Source: Patescibacteria group bacterium (lineage in GTDB: Bacteria; Patescibacteriota; Minisyncoccia; Phycocordibacterales; UBA9973). Taken from it: a stretch of 64,000 nucleotides of DNA. This document shows positions 26,917-37,358 of the stretch, piece after piece. Position 1 is the first letter of the stretch. Each line of letters starts with the position of its first letter. The notes below the pieces were generated by a model. That model was given only the letters and a program-made list of their open reading frames with translations, was not told the DNA's origin and searched no databases. Made by a program: the position numbers and the translations under genes. The stretch covers positions 5,400 through 69,399 of the forward strand of contig JAZKBO010000004.1 of NCBI GenBank assembly GCA_040388575.1, given 5' to 3'.

Positions 26917-27943
26917 CTTGATTCCTAATTAGAACATCCCGATAAGCCTCAAGGTCATCCAGTATCACCCCAGTGCCGCGAGCCACCGCTGAAAGCGGAT
27001 CATCTACCACGTACACCGGAATTTTGAGCACTCGCTGGAATAATTGATCCAGCCCTGGCAAAAGCGCACCGCCACCAGAGAGCGTGATGCCGCGATGCAT
27101 TATGTCCGACAGTATTTCCGGCGGCGTAGTCTCGAGCATATCTTTGACTCCATTTACGAGCTCGCGGATGGAAGAGGAAATGGCTTCCCGCACATCTGAA
27201 TCCGTCACCACTACTTCGCGAGGTAGCCCGGTTAAGAGATCCCGCCCTTGCACTTCCGTTTCCATATACTCGCCTGGCAAAACCGAACCGATAGCAATCT
27301 TAACAGCTTCCGCCGTGCGCTCGCCGATAAGAATTTTAAATTCATCTCGCATGTAGGAGATGATGTCGTTGTTTAGCCTGTCGCCCGCGATTTTTAAATT
27401 TTTGGACTTTACTATCCCACCTAAAGAAATGACCGCGATGTCCGTGGTCCCTCCACCGATATCTATGATCATGGAGCCGACCGGCTCTTTGATCGGTAGC
27501 CGCACCCCGATGGCCGCGGCCATGGGCTCCTCTACTAAGAAGACTTCTCTAGCACCCGCAGAACGTGCTGCATCATACACTGCGCGAGTCTCCACGTTAG
27601 TCGTGCCGGAAGGCACGCCTACTACTACCCGAGGTTTACCGAATTTTTTAGAAACTTTGTCTGCTTTGCCAATAAGGTATGAAAGCATTTCTTCTGTAAC
27701 TTCAAAATCAGAAATAACTCCATCTACCAGTGGGCGAATAGCCCGAATGTGGCCCGGAGTGCGGCCGAGCATTTCCTTGGCCTGCATGCCCACCGCGAGC
27801 ACCTGGTTGGTTTTGATATTCACCGCTACCACGGATGGCTCGTTGATGACTATGCCGTGGCCTTTCAAATATACCAGGGTGTTAGAAGTGCCCAGGTCGA
27901 TCCCGATGTCATTTGAAATTAATTTGTAGAATTTTTCAAACAT
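26897..27943 (-). CDS. mreB: Rod shape-determining protein MreB
   Basis: GIDLGTSNT, EEPMAAAIG, DIGGGTT, GGGALL. Confidence 0.96.
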   Translation of the reverse strand: MFEKFYKLISNDIGIDLGTSNTLVYLKGHGIVINEPSVVAVNIKTNQVLAVGMQAKEMLGRTPGHIRAIRPLVDGVISDFEVTEEMLSYLIGKADKVSKKFGKPRVVVGVPSGTTNVETRAVYDAARSAGAREVFLVEEPMAAAIGVRLPIKEPVGSMIIDIGGGTTDIAVISLGGIVKSKNLKIAGDRLNNDIISYMRDEFKILIGERTAEAVKIAIGSVLPGEYMETEVQGRDLLTGLPREVVVTDSDVREAISSSIRELVNGVKDMLETTPPEILSDIMHRGITLSGGGALLPGLDQLFQRVLKIPVYVVDDPLSAVARGTGVILDDLEAYRDVLIRNQDELPPR

Positions 27944-27953
27944 ACTTAACTGA

Positions 27954-29207
27954 TTATTTACTTAATACTTTAATTAATTCATCCAGAGTTACTATTTTAC
28001 CTTTTTCTTCCGTGCGTTTTTTAATTTCTATCCCGCCTTCTTTGATACTACGAGCTGAAACCACCGCACGTAGTGGTATGCCTATCAAATCCGAATCGGC
28101 AAATTTCTCCCCTGCCATTACCTCAGCTCTATCATCGAACAAAACCTCAACTCCAGCTTTAGTAAGTGCATCGTAAATTTTATTGGCCTCCTCTGCCACC
28201 GCCTCAGTCTCGCCTAATTGAAGTAAATGTACAGCAAATGGGGCAATAGAGTCTGGCCAGATTATGCCTTTATCATCCGCCAAGGCCTCAACTATCGTAC
28301 CCATAAGGCGCCCGAGACCAATACCATAGGAACCCATAAAAACTGGCTTTCTTTCCCCATTTTTGTCTGTGTAGAACAGCCCAATAGCTTCTGATTTACC
28401 AGTGCCTAAAGTAAAAATATTTCCTACCTCAATTGCCTTTTGCTCTTTCAGTTTATCCTTTTCTAATCCTAGAGTTTTGAGCACCTCGTCCTCCAAGACT
28501 TCCTTGTTTATTGCTAAGGCTTTATCTTCGCTCAAATATATAGTGTCTTCACCAGCGGAAGTTATGGTTTGAAATTCGTGTGAGTATTTTGAGAAGGCCC
28601 CGCCGGAAGCAAAAGTCAGATATGTCACATGACCAATACCAACACGCTTAAAAATATTTAAATAAGCCGTTTTCATCTTTTCATAAAAAACGTTATGCTC
28701 CGCTTCATCCTTGGAAAAGGAATATAATGCTTTCCAGAAAAATTCTCGGCCTCGAAGAATGCCCGACTTGCTACGAATTTCGTTGCGGAGAATATCTTTA
28801 AAATCATAAAGATGAATTGGTAAATCTTTATGGGAACTGACATATTGGGTTAGGATATTAGCAAAATCTTCTTCATTACTCCAAGACAAGCCGACCTCAG
28901 TACCACTTTTTAGTTTCGTTTTAAACCAAATGTCCACTTCCGCATCACTCCAGCGATTAGTTTTTTCCCAAACTTCCTTGCTTTGCAAAATAGAAGTCTT
29001 CATTTCAGTGCCCCCGGCCATATTCATTTCCTCTCTGATGATATTTTCAATCTTTTTTAGGACTCGCAAACCCAGCGGTAGGTAGGAATATACCCCAGCC
29101 ATCTCCTTATAAATAAAGCCCCCACGGGTTAGAAATTCAGCGTTTTTTGACACCTCGTCCGCCGGCGCCTCCTTCTTGGTTCGAGTAAAAAGTTGCGATT
29201 GTTTCAT
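27954..29207 (-). CDS. proS: Proline--tRNA ligase (short form, no INS editing domain)
   Basis: GVYSYLPLG, RNEIR...GILRGREF, IEVGNIFTLG, MGSYGIG. Confidence 0.93.
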   Translation of the reverse strand: MKQSQLFTRTKKEAPADEVSKNAEFLTRGGFIYKEMAGVYSYLPLGLRVLKKIENIIREEMNMAGGTEMKTSILQSKEVWEKTNRWSDAEVDIWFKTKLKSGTEVGLSWSNEEDFANILTQYVSSHKDLPIHLYDFKDILRNEIRSKSGILRGREFFWKALYSFSKDEAEHNVFYEKMKTAYLNIFKRVGIGHVTYLTFASGGAFSKYSHEFQTITSAGEDTIYLSEDKALAINKEVLEDEVLKTLGLEKDKLKEQKAIEVGNIFTLGTGKSEAIGLFYTDKNGERKPVFMGSYGIGLGRLMGTIVEALADDKGIIWPDSIAPFAVHLLQLGETEAVAEEANKIYDALTKAGVEVLFDDRAEVMAGEKFADSDLIGIPLRAVVSARSIKEGGIEIKKRTEEKGKIVTLDELIKVLSK

Positions 29208-29267
29208 GAGTCCATATTAACTAATAAATGCTTGCAAAGCAATGGTCTTTCTGCTAATATAACCCTT

Positions 29268-29999
29268 ATGCAAAAAGCGAAAAACGATACCAAAGGGGCA
29301 GATACCCTTATAGAAGATATGTTCAAGGCCGGCACCCATTACGGCTATTCTAAGACCCGCAGGCACCCTTCGGTTTCTCCTTTTATATACGCAACCAAAA
29401 ACAAGGGCGATATTATCGACCTTGAAAAAACCAGCACTATGCTCGACGCTGCTAAGGAATATGTTAAGGGCCTCGGCGCTAAAGGTAAGACTATCCTCTT
29501 TGTTGGTACCAAGCCAGAAGCTAAGATGGCAGTGCAAAAGGGCGCAGAAGCTATCGGCATGCCTTACACAGTGGAGCGCTGGATCGGTGGCACAATTTCA
29601 AATTTTACTGAAATAAAAAGACGCATCAACGAGCTCGAAACTTATCGTAAGGAAAATGCAGAAGGCACCCTGGAAAAATATACCAAGAAAGAGCGCGTAG
29701 TTATGGCTAAGAAAATGGAAAAGCTCGCTAAATATTACGGCGGCTTGATTGGCCTAAAAAAGACTCCAGATGCATTATTTATAATCGATGCCAAGAGTGA
29801 GCACATCGCCGCCACAGAAGCTATGAAAGGTGATGTAACCGTAGTATCCCTTGTAAATTCCGATTCTAATATTAAAGGTATCGACTACCCTATCTTAGGA
29901 AACGATGCTTCTATCCCATCCATTAACCTATTCACTAATGCAATAGTTGCTGCTTACAAAGAGGGCCAGAGTTCTATCCCTCCTAAACCAGTAGCCTAA
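29268..29999 (+). CDS. rpsB: 30S ribosomal protein S2
   Basis: AGTHYG, ILFVGTK, RWIGGTISNF, GNDAS. Start moved to ATG 29268. Confidence 0.96.
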   Translation: MQKAKNDTKGADTLIEDMFKAGTHYGYSKTRRHPSVSPFIYATKNKGDIIDLEKTSTMLDAAKEYVKGLGAKGKTILFVGTKPEAKMAVQKGAEAIGMPYTVERWIGGTISNFTEIKRRINELETYRKENAEGTLEKYTKKERVVMAKKMEKLAKYYGGLIGLKKTPDALFIIDAKSEHIAATEAMKGDVTVVSLVNSDSNIKGIDYPILGNDASIPSINLFTNAIVAAYKEGQSSIPPKPVA

Positions 30000-30007
30000 A
30001 ACTTAAT

Positions 30008-30787
30008 ATGTCTTCCGCTATTACAACCGAGCAGGTGAAGGAACTTAGGGATGCCACTGGCATCTCTGTTATGCAATGTAGACGCGCCCTAGAGGAGGCC
30101 GGCGGCGATATGAAGAAGGCACTAGCCATTCTAAAAAAGACAAGTTCTGACATTGCTCTTAAAAAGGCTGATAGAGTGGCTAAAGATGGAGCAGTATCAA
30201 TAAAAAGTGACGGTAAGAAATCAGTGATTGTGTCGCTCCACTGTGAAACAGACTTCGTAGCTAGAAATGCGGATTTCCTGGCACTACTAAATAAGTTAAG
30301 TGATATAGCTCTAAAAGATGGAGCTGATAAAATGAAAGCTGGTGCTAAGGAATTGATCGATGAAGTAATCCAAAAGACTGGTGAAAAGATTGAGCTCGGT
30401 GAGGTATATGAAATTGGCGGTAATGTTTTGGGTAATTACGTTCATAACAATAAATCAGCTGTAGTTGTCTCGCTCGAGGGTGGATCCGAAGAGCTTGCTC
30501 GCGACATAGCGATGCACATCACTGCTATGCGCCCAGAGTATATGTCCAGTACTGAAATCACTGATGAAGCAAAGAAAACGATGATGGAAGTTTTTGAAAA
30601 GGAAGTTGCGAATGTTGATAAGCCAGCGGAAATAAAGAAAAAAATGCTAGGAGGTAAAATCAACACTTATTTTAAAGAAAAGACTCTTCTTGAGCAGCCA
30701 TTTATTAAAAATGGTGATGAGACGGTAGCGCAATTGCTCGAGAAAAACAAAGCCAAGATCGTTGAGGTCAAACGTTACTCAATATAG
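30008..30787 (+). CDS. tsf: Elongation factor Ts
   Basis: VKELRDATG, CETDFVA, IAMHI, LLEQPFIK. Confidence 0.96.
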   Translation: MSSAITTEQVKELRDATGISVMQCRRALEEAGGDMKKALAILKKTSSDIALKKADRVAKDGAVSIKSDGKKSVIVSLHCETDFVARNADFLALLNKLSDIALKDGADKMKAGAKELIDEVIQKTGEKIELGEVYEIGGNVLGNYVHNNKSAVVVSLEGGSEELARDIAMHITAMRPEYMSSTEITDEAKKTMMEVFEKEVANVDKPAEIKKKMLGGKINTYFKEKTLLEQPFIKNGDETVAQLLEKNKAKIVEVKRYSI

Positions 30788-30799
30788 TATAATTAAACT

Positions 30800-31207
30800 A
30801 TGTACGTATTTTTAGTTTTATTTGTCTTATCTTTTACTTCTATCGTCTTTATGGTTAGGCGCAAAATGGCTATGGTCAAAAATGGCTGGGTGCCACAGCC
30901 ACTACACCCCCACCCTTTCGTACCGGATGTGCAGAAGTTAAAACATTTTACAGTTGCTAATGCTAGAAGGGTGGAACATGTAGCCCTGGTCACACTTCTG
31001 CGCTCCTATGTTAAAACTTTAAACTTACTTAAAAGTCAGTATCGAAAATCAGTTAATAAATTAACAGAGTTAAAAAATAGGAATAAAATCAAGAATGGTG
31101 AACCGATAAATACAGATGCTTCGAAGTTTTTGAAAATGGTATCGGACTACAAGCACAAAATCCGCACGATCAAGCGCCGAATTCACGAGGAGGAAAATAA
31201 AATGTAA
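30800..31207 (+). CDS. Hypothetical membrane-anchored basic protein
   Basis: N-terminal TM; TATAAT-6nt-ATG. Confidence 0.75.
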   Translation: MYVFLVLFVLSFTSIVFMVRRKMAMVKNGWVPQPLHPHPFVPDVQKLKHFTVANARRVEHVALVTLLRSYVKTLNLLKSQYRKSVNKLTELKNRNKIKNGEPINTDASKFLKMVSDYKHKIRTIKRRIHEEENKM

Positions 31208-31228
31208 ATATGTTAATGTGTTTTAGAT

Positions 31229-31301
31229 GCCGCCTTAGCTCAGTTGGTAGAGCAACGCTTTTGTAAAGCGTGGGTCCTCGGTTCAAGCCCGAGAGGCGGC
31301 T
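31229..31301 (+). tRNA. tRNA-Thr(TGT)
   Basis: GCCGCCT/AGGCGGC acceptor stem; anticodon arm ACGCT-TTTGTAA-AGCGT; GGTTCAAG T-loop. Confidence 0.95.
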
Positions 31302-31307
31302 CCCGGA

Positions 31308-31991
31308 TTATTGACTCGTTTTGGTTGTAGTTTTAGGCTCTTGAAGCTTAAAGGACTCGTTAATACGTGTTTCAAGGTCCTCTATGCCCTGGAAGCCAGT
31401 TAGCACCTCATCGTCTATGACCAATGCTGGCAGCACTGTGTCTTTGATTTTATATATTTGGAGCATGGCCTTAACTGCAGAGAGGTCGGTACTGTAATCG
31501 AAGGAATAGACTCGTAACTCCGGATATTTAGCTCGCAAGGTTGAAAGCACCAGGCTTTCTTTCTGACACTCGGTGCAATACTCCGCTGTGGTGTAAAAAT
31601 AAAGAATAAAGGCAGATTTAACCTTGCAGCGCTCTGCTATTTTCTTCATTAATAAATAGTCTTTGATCTGAAGGAGTGAGTAGTATTTCCTTAAATAGGA
31701 AACTTCATCAGTAGAGCCCAAATTCTGCTGGCTCCATTCCAGCTTTTGGCCAAGCTCCCCTAGCTCCCCTGATAGCGTCGAATCGGAAATATTTTTGCAG
31801 GATAAGTCAGAGAGGAGTGAGAATTGTGTTTCAGAAGAAAGGATGTCTATGGATATTTTATCTTGGATTTGTTTGAGCTCATCTATTTTTTTATTACCGA
31901 AGTAATTCGACACAGCACTAGCCGAGACAAATAGCGCTAAAGTTATAATAAAAACAATTATGTATTTTTTCCAATCAATGTTGTTTTCCAT
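31308..31991 (-). CDS. Membrane-anchored protein with C-terminal thioredoxin-like domain
   Basis: N-terminal TM; ILYFY...CTEC; VYSFD; LPALVID (cis-Pro-like loop). Confidence 0.7.
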   Translation of the reverse strand: MENNIDWKKYIIVFIITLALFVSASAVSNYFGNKKIDELKQIQDKISIDILSSETQFSLLSDLSCKNISDSTLSGELGELGQKLEWSQQNLGSTDEVSYLRKYYSLLQIKDYLLMKKIAERCKVKSAFILYFYTTAEYCTECQKESLVLSTLRAKYPELRVYSFDYSTDLSAVKAMLQIYKIKDTVLPALVIDDEVLTGFQGIEDLETRINESFKLQEPKTTTKTSQ

Positions 31992-31994
31992 TTT

Positions 31995-33245
31995 TTAGCG
32001 CCAAGCCGGAGCTTTAGAAATTATCGTATTGTAAACTGCCTTCATTATCCAAAAAGGGGCTAAGAAGCCGAAAATCACAAGGTAGAAAGCTATTTCATAA
32101 GGAAATCCCCTCCTCTCTTTTGTACCCCTAGTCATTACCGAGCCGATGATGATAGAAAATAGTAGTAGCGAGTAAATTATTACAGTAATAAAAACAGATA
32201 ACCTGGTATTGATAAAGAAGGGGTCTAGGCTATTGGACCAGGCAGGCAAACCTACTGCTTGTACTTCTACGATTTTATTAAAAATGAATTGACCAATACC
32301 ATAGAAGAATTTCATAAATACGTACCCAACGGATAGTATCGTAACCACACCCATAGGGAGAGTAAAAGTCGAGAAATTACCATATTTTTTATTAAACAAT
32401 ACCCCGCGATAATCTATCGTGTTATTTATAAAGCCATAAATCCAGCGCAGACGCTGGGTAAAGAGCTTGCGTACGGTATAAGGAGTGTTGGTATACACGT
32501 AAGCATCATTACAATGGTCTATTTTGTAATGATTCTTTTGCATCCTGTAGGCTATCTCCATGTCTTCTGTATTGTGCGCATAGCGATATGGGCCTAGGTC
32601 ATCGAAAACCTTCTTTTTAAAGATTGTGAAGGGCCCAGGAGTCACATTAATAGCGCCCAGGAAGCCGAGCATTTTTTTGAAATAAATTCCGGTGTGATAT
32701 TCGATCTTCTGCGCATTTTGAATAAAACCTCGAGGGTTATTGACCACCACCGCAGGCGCCACTGCCATCACGGTACTATCGCGTTCAAAATAACTCATAA
32801 TCCTCACTAGGGCTTCCGAATCTACTAAGGAGTCCGCGTCCAGGCAGCCGACAAATTCAGTTTCAGTATTTTCAAGGCCAAGATTTAACGCCATGTGTTT
32901 GCCAGCATTTTTTTCTCGTTTAAAAATTTTTATATAGGGATAATTTTCAAACTTTTTAAACACGCTCCAAGTGCCGTCAGTAGAACCGTCGTCTATAAGA
33001 AAGATTTTTAGTTTATCTTTTGGATAATTAAGACTGAGGAGTGATTGGATAGTTTTAAAAACTGTGGTTTCTTCGTTAAGGGAAGGCACAATAAGGGTGA
33101 CTCCTGGATAGTTATCGAGCTTTATTGCCTTATCTCTAATAACAATTTTCTTCCTGTTTTCCAGGAAGGTTACAAAGAAAAAAACCTGCACGTAGATCGA
33201 CAGGAAAACAAACAGATAAAATACTGTTTCGGAAACAAGTGCCAT
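31995..33245 (-). CDS. GT2 processive glycosyltransferase (IcaA/PgaC-like)
   Basis: IDDGSTD, CLDADS, TEDME, QRLRW; TMs at both ends. Confidence 0.9.
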   Translation of the reverse strand: MALVSETVFYLFVFLSIYVQVFFFVTFLENRKKIVIRDKAIKLDNYPGVTLIVPSLNEETTVFKTIQSLLSLNYPKDKLKIFLIDDGSTDGTWSVFKKFENYPYIKIFKREKNAGKHMALNLGLENTETEFVGCLDADSLVDSEALVRIMSYFERDSTVMAVAPAVVVNNPRGFIQNAQKIEYHTGIYFKKMLGFLGAINVTPGPFTIFKKKVFDDLGPYRYAHNTEDMEIAYRMQKNHYKIDHCNDAYVYTNTPYTVRKLFTQRLRWIYGFINNTIDYRGVLFNKKYGNFSTFTLPMGVVTILSVGYVFMKFFYGIGQFIFNKIVEVQAVGLPAWSNSLDPFFINTRLSVFITVIIYSLLLFSIIIGSVMTRGTKERRGFPYEIAFYLVIFGFLAPFWIMKAVYNTIISKAPAWR

Positions 33246-33344
33246 ATCTTTTTACTATAACATTAATGAGCAAAAAAGCAATCAGCCCCGCCCATATTCT
33301 TTAGGACGAGGCTGACTCAAATCAATTACAGAAACTGCACCAAT

Positions 33345-33611
33345 TTACATTCCGCTTCCAGTTGCAGGAGCTGTGCCACAAGTTGCACAATTGCAATTCT
33401 TACAGGCGCCACACTTGCAGTGGAAGATCTTAAGTATGGCAGAGACGCCAACCAAAAGATAAACCAAGGCCTCAACGGTTTGCATTGATCCAAATATCAT
33501 GTGGACCACATTCCAATCTTTACCGCCGAGGAGCCATCCCAAGCCGACCAAACCCCAGTTAATACCGCCGATAATTAGAAGCCACTTCGCAATCTTGTAT
33601 AATAAGTGCAT
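33345..33611 (-). CDS. DUF378 membrane protein with Cys-rich tail
   Basis: LLIIGGINWGLVG, VYLLVGVSA; tail CKCGACKNCNCATC; terminator-like hairpin at 33282-33315. Confidence 0.85.
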   Translation of the reverse strand: MHLLYKIAKWLLIIGGINWGLVGLGWLLGGKDWNVVHMIFGSMQTVEALVYLLVGVSAILKIFHCKCGACKNCNCATCGTAPATGSGM

Positions 33612-33691
33612 ATTTTTTTCTCCGGTTTACTACCGGAAATTAATTATAATAGCCCTATTGTATCATAAATAAAAATGATATAATACCCAAC

Positions 33692-34450
33692 ATGCAAGAA
33701 AATACACAAGAAAGTATGCCTGAAATGGCAACGCCTGTAGCTAATATTGTCACTAAAAACAACAACCAATCTCAAATAGCGGGTGCCATAGTCTTGGCTG
33801 GGCTGATTATTGCCGGGGCTATATTATTAAAGGGTGGTTCGGGGCTGATAGCGCCAAAAGATCTGTCAAAAGCCTCCCCCCTCTTCAATGCCTGCCTAGA
33901 TTCCGGTAAATACACCTCTGCGATAACTGATGCCAAGGCCGCAGGAAGCACAGTAGGAGTAACCGGCACACCGAAGGGTTACATTGTTAGTGCTGGAAAA
34001 GTTGTCAGCACTATCGACGGTGCGGAGCCATTTAACGATGTGAAGAAAAAAATTGATGATGCTATCGCAGGTAAGGGCATACCACAAAATAATATTAAAC
34101 TGGATGCAGTAACGAATAAAGACTTTGCTGTGGGTAACCCACAAGCTGCAGTTACAATTATTATGTATGAGGACTTCCAGTGCCCATTCTGTGGCCGATT
34201 TTTCCAGGATTCTGAAAAAAGTATCCGAAGTATTTATGTTAAGGACGGTACGGTGCAATTTGTGTACCGAGACTTCCCTTTCCTAGGCGCTGAATCATAC
34301 AAATCCGCTGAAGCTGCATCTTGCGCTAATGAGCAAGGCAAATTCTGGGAATATCATGACTACCTGTACTCCCACCAAATGGGTGAAAACCAAGGAGCCT
34401 TTTCGGATACAAACTTGAAGTCTTTTGCGGGAACTCTAAAACTCAAATAA
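33692..34450 (+). CDS. DsbA/BdbD-like thioredoxin-fold oxidoreductase, circularly permuted
   Basis: DFQCPFC, YRDFPFL, CANEQGKFWEYHD. The FNACLDSGKY..GVTGTP..GAEPF segment lies N-terminal to the CxxC. Confidence 0.85.
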   Translation: MQENTQESMPEMATPVANIVTKNNNQSQIAGAIVLAGLIIAGAILLKGGSGLIAPKDLSKASPLFNACLDSGKYTSAITDAKAAGSTVGVTGTPKGYIVSAGKVVSTIDGAEPFNDVKKKIDDAIAGKGIPQNNIKLDAVTNKDFAVGNPQAAVTIIMYEDFQCPFCGRFFQDSEKSIRSIYVKDGTVQFVYRDFPFLGAESYKSAEAASCANEQGKFWEYHDYLYSHQMGENQGAFSDTNLKSFAGTLKLK

Positions 34451-34451
34451 T

Positions 34452-35654
34452 TTAATCGAAGTAGTTTTTCAAACGTGAGATTTTGTCATGGCTGCGGAGC
34501 TTGTCATGCACTTTAGCTTCAATTTGGCGGATACGCTCACGAGTAACACCGAACTCTTCACCTACCCGCTCTAGGGTGTGCTGGATGCCATCGAGTAAGC
34601 CATAACGCATTTCTAGAATTTTGCGTTCCTTAGGATTAAGCTCGTCTAATACTTCCCGAATTTGATCCGAGAGTATGCGGCGGGAAGATTCTTGATCCGG
34701 GCGCAGAATTTTATCATCCGGAATAAAGTTCTCAAGTGTTGATTTATCATCATCATCCCCTACTGGCTGCTCGAGTGACACTGTCTCTTGGGAAATATTT
34801 TCGATAGTATGAATTTTCTCTACTGGTATACCCATCTCGGTGGCAATTTCTTCTGCCAATGGCTCACGGCCTAAATCCTGTGAGAGCTTGCGGTGAGTCT
34901 GCTTATACTTGGAAATTGTCTCTACCATGTGCACCGGTATGCGGATGGTGCGGCTCTGGTCCGCCAAGGCACGAGTTATGGACTGCCTAATCCACCAAGT
35001 AGCATAGGTTGAGAATTTAAAACCCTTATTCCAGTCGAACTTTTCCACTGCTTTGAACAAGCCTAAGTTACCTTCCTGAATTAGGTCTAGCAGGGTCAGG
35101 TTAGCGCTACGGCCCACATATTTCTTAGCAATGGACACCACAAGGCGCAGGTTCGCCCTGGCTAGGAGGTTTTTAGCCTCAAGGTCGCCCTTCTCGATAC
35201 GCTTAGCAAGGTCCTTCTCTTCTGAGGCATGGATCAAGGGGTATTGGCCTATCTCTTTGAGGTACATTTGAATGGAGTCATACATTCCGGACTTGTTCAG
35301 GTCCTTGTCCGCGGAGTCTACATCAAGGTCAAGTAGGTTGCCGCCTTCAAGTACATCAATGCCCGCGACTGCTAATTTTTCATAAAGCTCATCTAAGAAT
35401 AGGACGTTGTTTTCAACATTTGGAAAAGTTTTTAAAATTTCATCGTAGGTTATGAACCTGCGCTTGCGGCCCTTCTCGATCAGGATTTGGGCAAGCTTAT
35501 CGAAGCTCTCGCGCTTAGAGTCTTTCTTAGCATCTTTCTTGGCGCTCTTTTTCTTAAGCTTTAAGGATTTTTTTAGAGCACTTTTTATTCGCGCCTTTCT
35601 TTGAGCTTTGTGTTTATTATTTAATTTTTTTGCTTTTTTTAATTTTTTTGTCAT
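34452..35654 (-). CDS. rpoD: Primary sigma factor
   Basis: [45 protein letters not shown]; Lys-rich N-terminal tail. Confidence 0.95.
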   Translation of the reverse strand: MTKKLKKAKKLNNKHKAQRKARIKSALKKSLKLKKKSAKKDAKKDSKRESFDKLAQILIEKGRKRRFITYDEILKTFPNVENNVLFLDELYEKLAVAGIDVLEGGNLLDLDVDSADKDLNKSGMYDSIQMYLKEIGQYPLIHASEEKDLAKRIEKGDLEAKNLLARANLRLVVSIAKKYVGRSANLTLLDLIQEGNLGLFKAVEKFDWNKGFKFSTYATWWIRQSITRALADQSRTIRIPVHMVETISKYKQTHRKLSQDLGREPLAEEIATEMGIPVEKIHTIENISQETVSLEQPVGDDDDKSTLENFIPDDKILRPDQESSRRILSDQIREVLDELNPKERKILEMRYGLLDGIQHTLERVGEEFGVTRERIRQIEAKVHDKLRSHDKISRLKNYFD

Positions 35655-35658
35655 ATAT

Positions 35659-37353
35659 TTATTTTGCCCGGCTATTTTTAATATTTTGTATCTGATCGTT
35701 GATTTCTTTTATTTCTTTTAAAATCGCTGGTGCCTTTGAACTTTCCTTTTTTTCTTCCGCTTCATACAGTTCCCGCATCTTTGTGCTCAACCTTTCTTTC
35801 AAATTTTCTTCCTTTAAATTCTGCAGTAATTCATCGACGTCTTTCTTTATTTCGCCTTCTCCATAAAAAACTTCCGCTTCATAAATTAAATCTTCTTTGC
35901 TATCTTTATATTTATCTAAAATTTCTTTTAACTCCCCTTTTAATTCTTTATCCTTTTTCCAAAATGCAATTCCTGCCAATCTCCGCTCGATATAGTCCAT
36001 GCGACGCATAGTATTCTCACGTTCTGCAGTAACTTCTATTTCTTTCTTTTCATATTTAAATTCTTGTTCAACTTTCTTTAAGTCATCTGCAATTGCAGCC
36101 TCAGCAATCCCAGAGAGCTGGCTGATTTTCTTCAAGAAATGACTTTTCTCTATTGAGCTACCTAACGCATCTACGTAAGGTAAAACTTTCTCTTTTATTT
36201 CTCTGCCTGCCTTGCGCGCATCGCCTCCAGCACTTTGTAGGACTTTAGCTAGAAGGAATTCAATAATGTGCTTAGAGTTCCGTATTGATTCCTTCCACGC
36301 GCTAGGGCCCTGCTTTGCTATTAAGTCCGCTGGGTCTACTCCAGAGGGCATATCAGCCACTTTGACATCCATACCTAAGGATAATGCTATCTTGCCAGCC
36401 CTGACAGAAGCATTAAAGCCGGCTTTATCACCATCGAAGGCAAGAACTATGTTCTCTGAAAGACGCCGTATTAGCCCCAGATTACTTACAACATGCTCTT
36501 TATTCTCTGTTGCATCGGTTAATGCAGTACCTGAAGTAGCCACAGTATTTCTATATCCAGCTTGGTGGGAAAGTATTAGATCCATTTGGCCCTCAACTAA
36601 TATCGAGAAGTTATTTTTACGGATAGAATCTTTAGCACGGTCGAGTCCGTATAGGACTGCGGACTTACTGAAGATGGGTGTTTCCGGGCTATTTAGGTAC
36701 TTTGCTGACTTTTCATCATCTACAAATATTCTGCCCGAGAATGCAATAATGCGCCCACTGGAGTCAGCTATGGGGAACATGATTCGCCCACGAAATCTAT
36801 CGTAATAGCCTTTTTCAGTTTTCTTTACTAGTCCGGCTTTTTCCATCTCGACGTCACTAAATCCCTTTTGTCTTAAGTGATCATATACTTGCCGCCAATC
36901 ATCCTTAATGAAGCCGAGCCGGAAATTCTCTACAGTAGAATCCTCTAAACCACGAGATTTTAAGTACTCTAGCGCTGATTTATTCTCTTTTAAGTTTCGA
37001 GAGTAAAATGATGCTGCCTCCTCCATCGCTTTATAGAGTCTTTCCTTCTCGTCTTCCTTACCTCGGTCTTGGTATTCCAAAATTACTCCGGCTTTAGCAG
37101 CGAGCAACTTGAGCGCCCCTTTAAAATCAAGCCCTTCGAATTCTTCCACAAAGGAAAAAATGTCCCCGCCAGCACCGCAGCCAAAGCAGTAGTAGCTCTC
37201 CCGCGCAGGCGAGACAAAGAAGGAGGGGGTCTTTTCATTATGGAATGGACACCGAGCCCTCAGGTTAACCCCTGAACGCTCAAGTTTGATATAGGAAGAG
37301 ACTACTTCTTCAATTGACAGCCTCTCCTTGATTTGTGTAACGGGAGAGTTCAT
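35659..37353 (-). CDS. dnaG: DNA primase
   Basis: [11 protein letters not shown] zinc finger, [21 protein letters not shown] (TOPRIM). Confidence 0.96.
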   Translation of the reverse strand: MNSPVTQIKERLSIEEVVSSYIKLERSGVNLRARCPFHNEKTPSFFVSPARESYYCFGCGAGGDIFSFVEEFEGLDFKGALKLLAAKAGVILEYQDRGKEDEKERLYKAMEEAASFYSRNLKENKSALEYLKSRGLEDSTVENFRLGFIKDDWRQVYDHLRQKGFSDVEMEKAGLVKKTEKGYYDRFRGRIMFPIADSSGRIIAFSGRIFVDDEKSAKYLNSPETPIFSKSAVLYGLDRAKDSIRKNNFSILVEGQMDLILSHQAGYRNTVATSGTALTDATENKEHVVSNLGLIRRLSENIVLAFDGDKAGFNASVRAGKIALSLGMDVKVADMPSGVDPADLIAKQGPSAWKESIRNSKHIIEFLLAKVLQSAGGDARKAGREIKEKVLPYVDALGSSIEKSHFLKKISQLSGIAEAAIADDLKKVEQEFKYEKKEIEVTAERENTMRRMDYIERRLAGIAFWKKDKELKGELKEILDKYKDSKEDLIYEAEVFYGEGEIKKDVDELLQNLKEENLKERLSTKMRELYEAEEKKESSKAPAILKEIKEINDQIQNIKNSRAK

Positions 37354-37358
37354 ATTTT

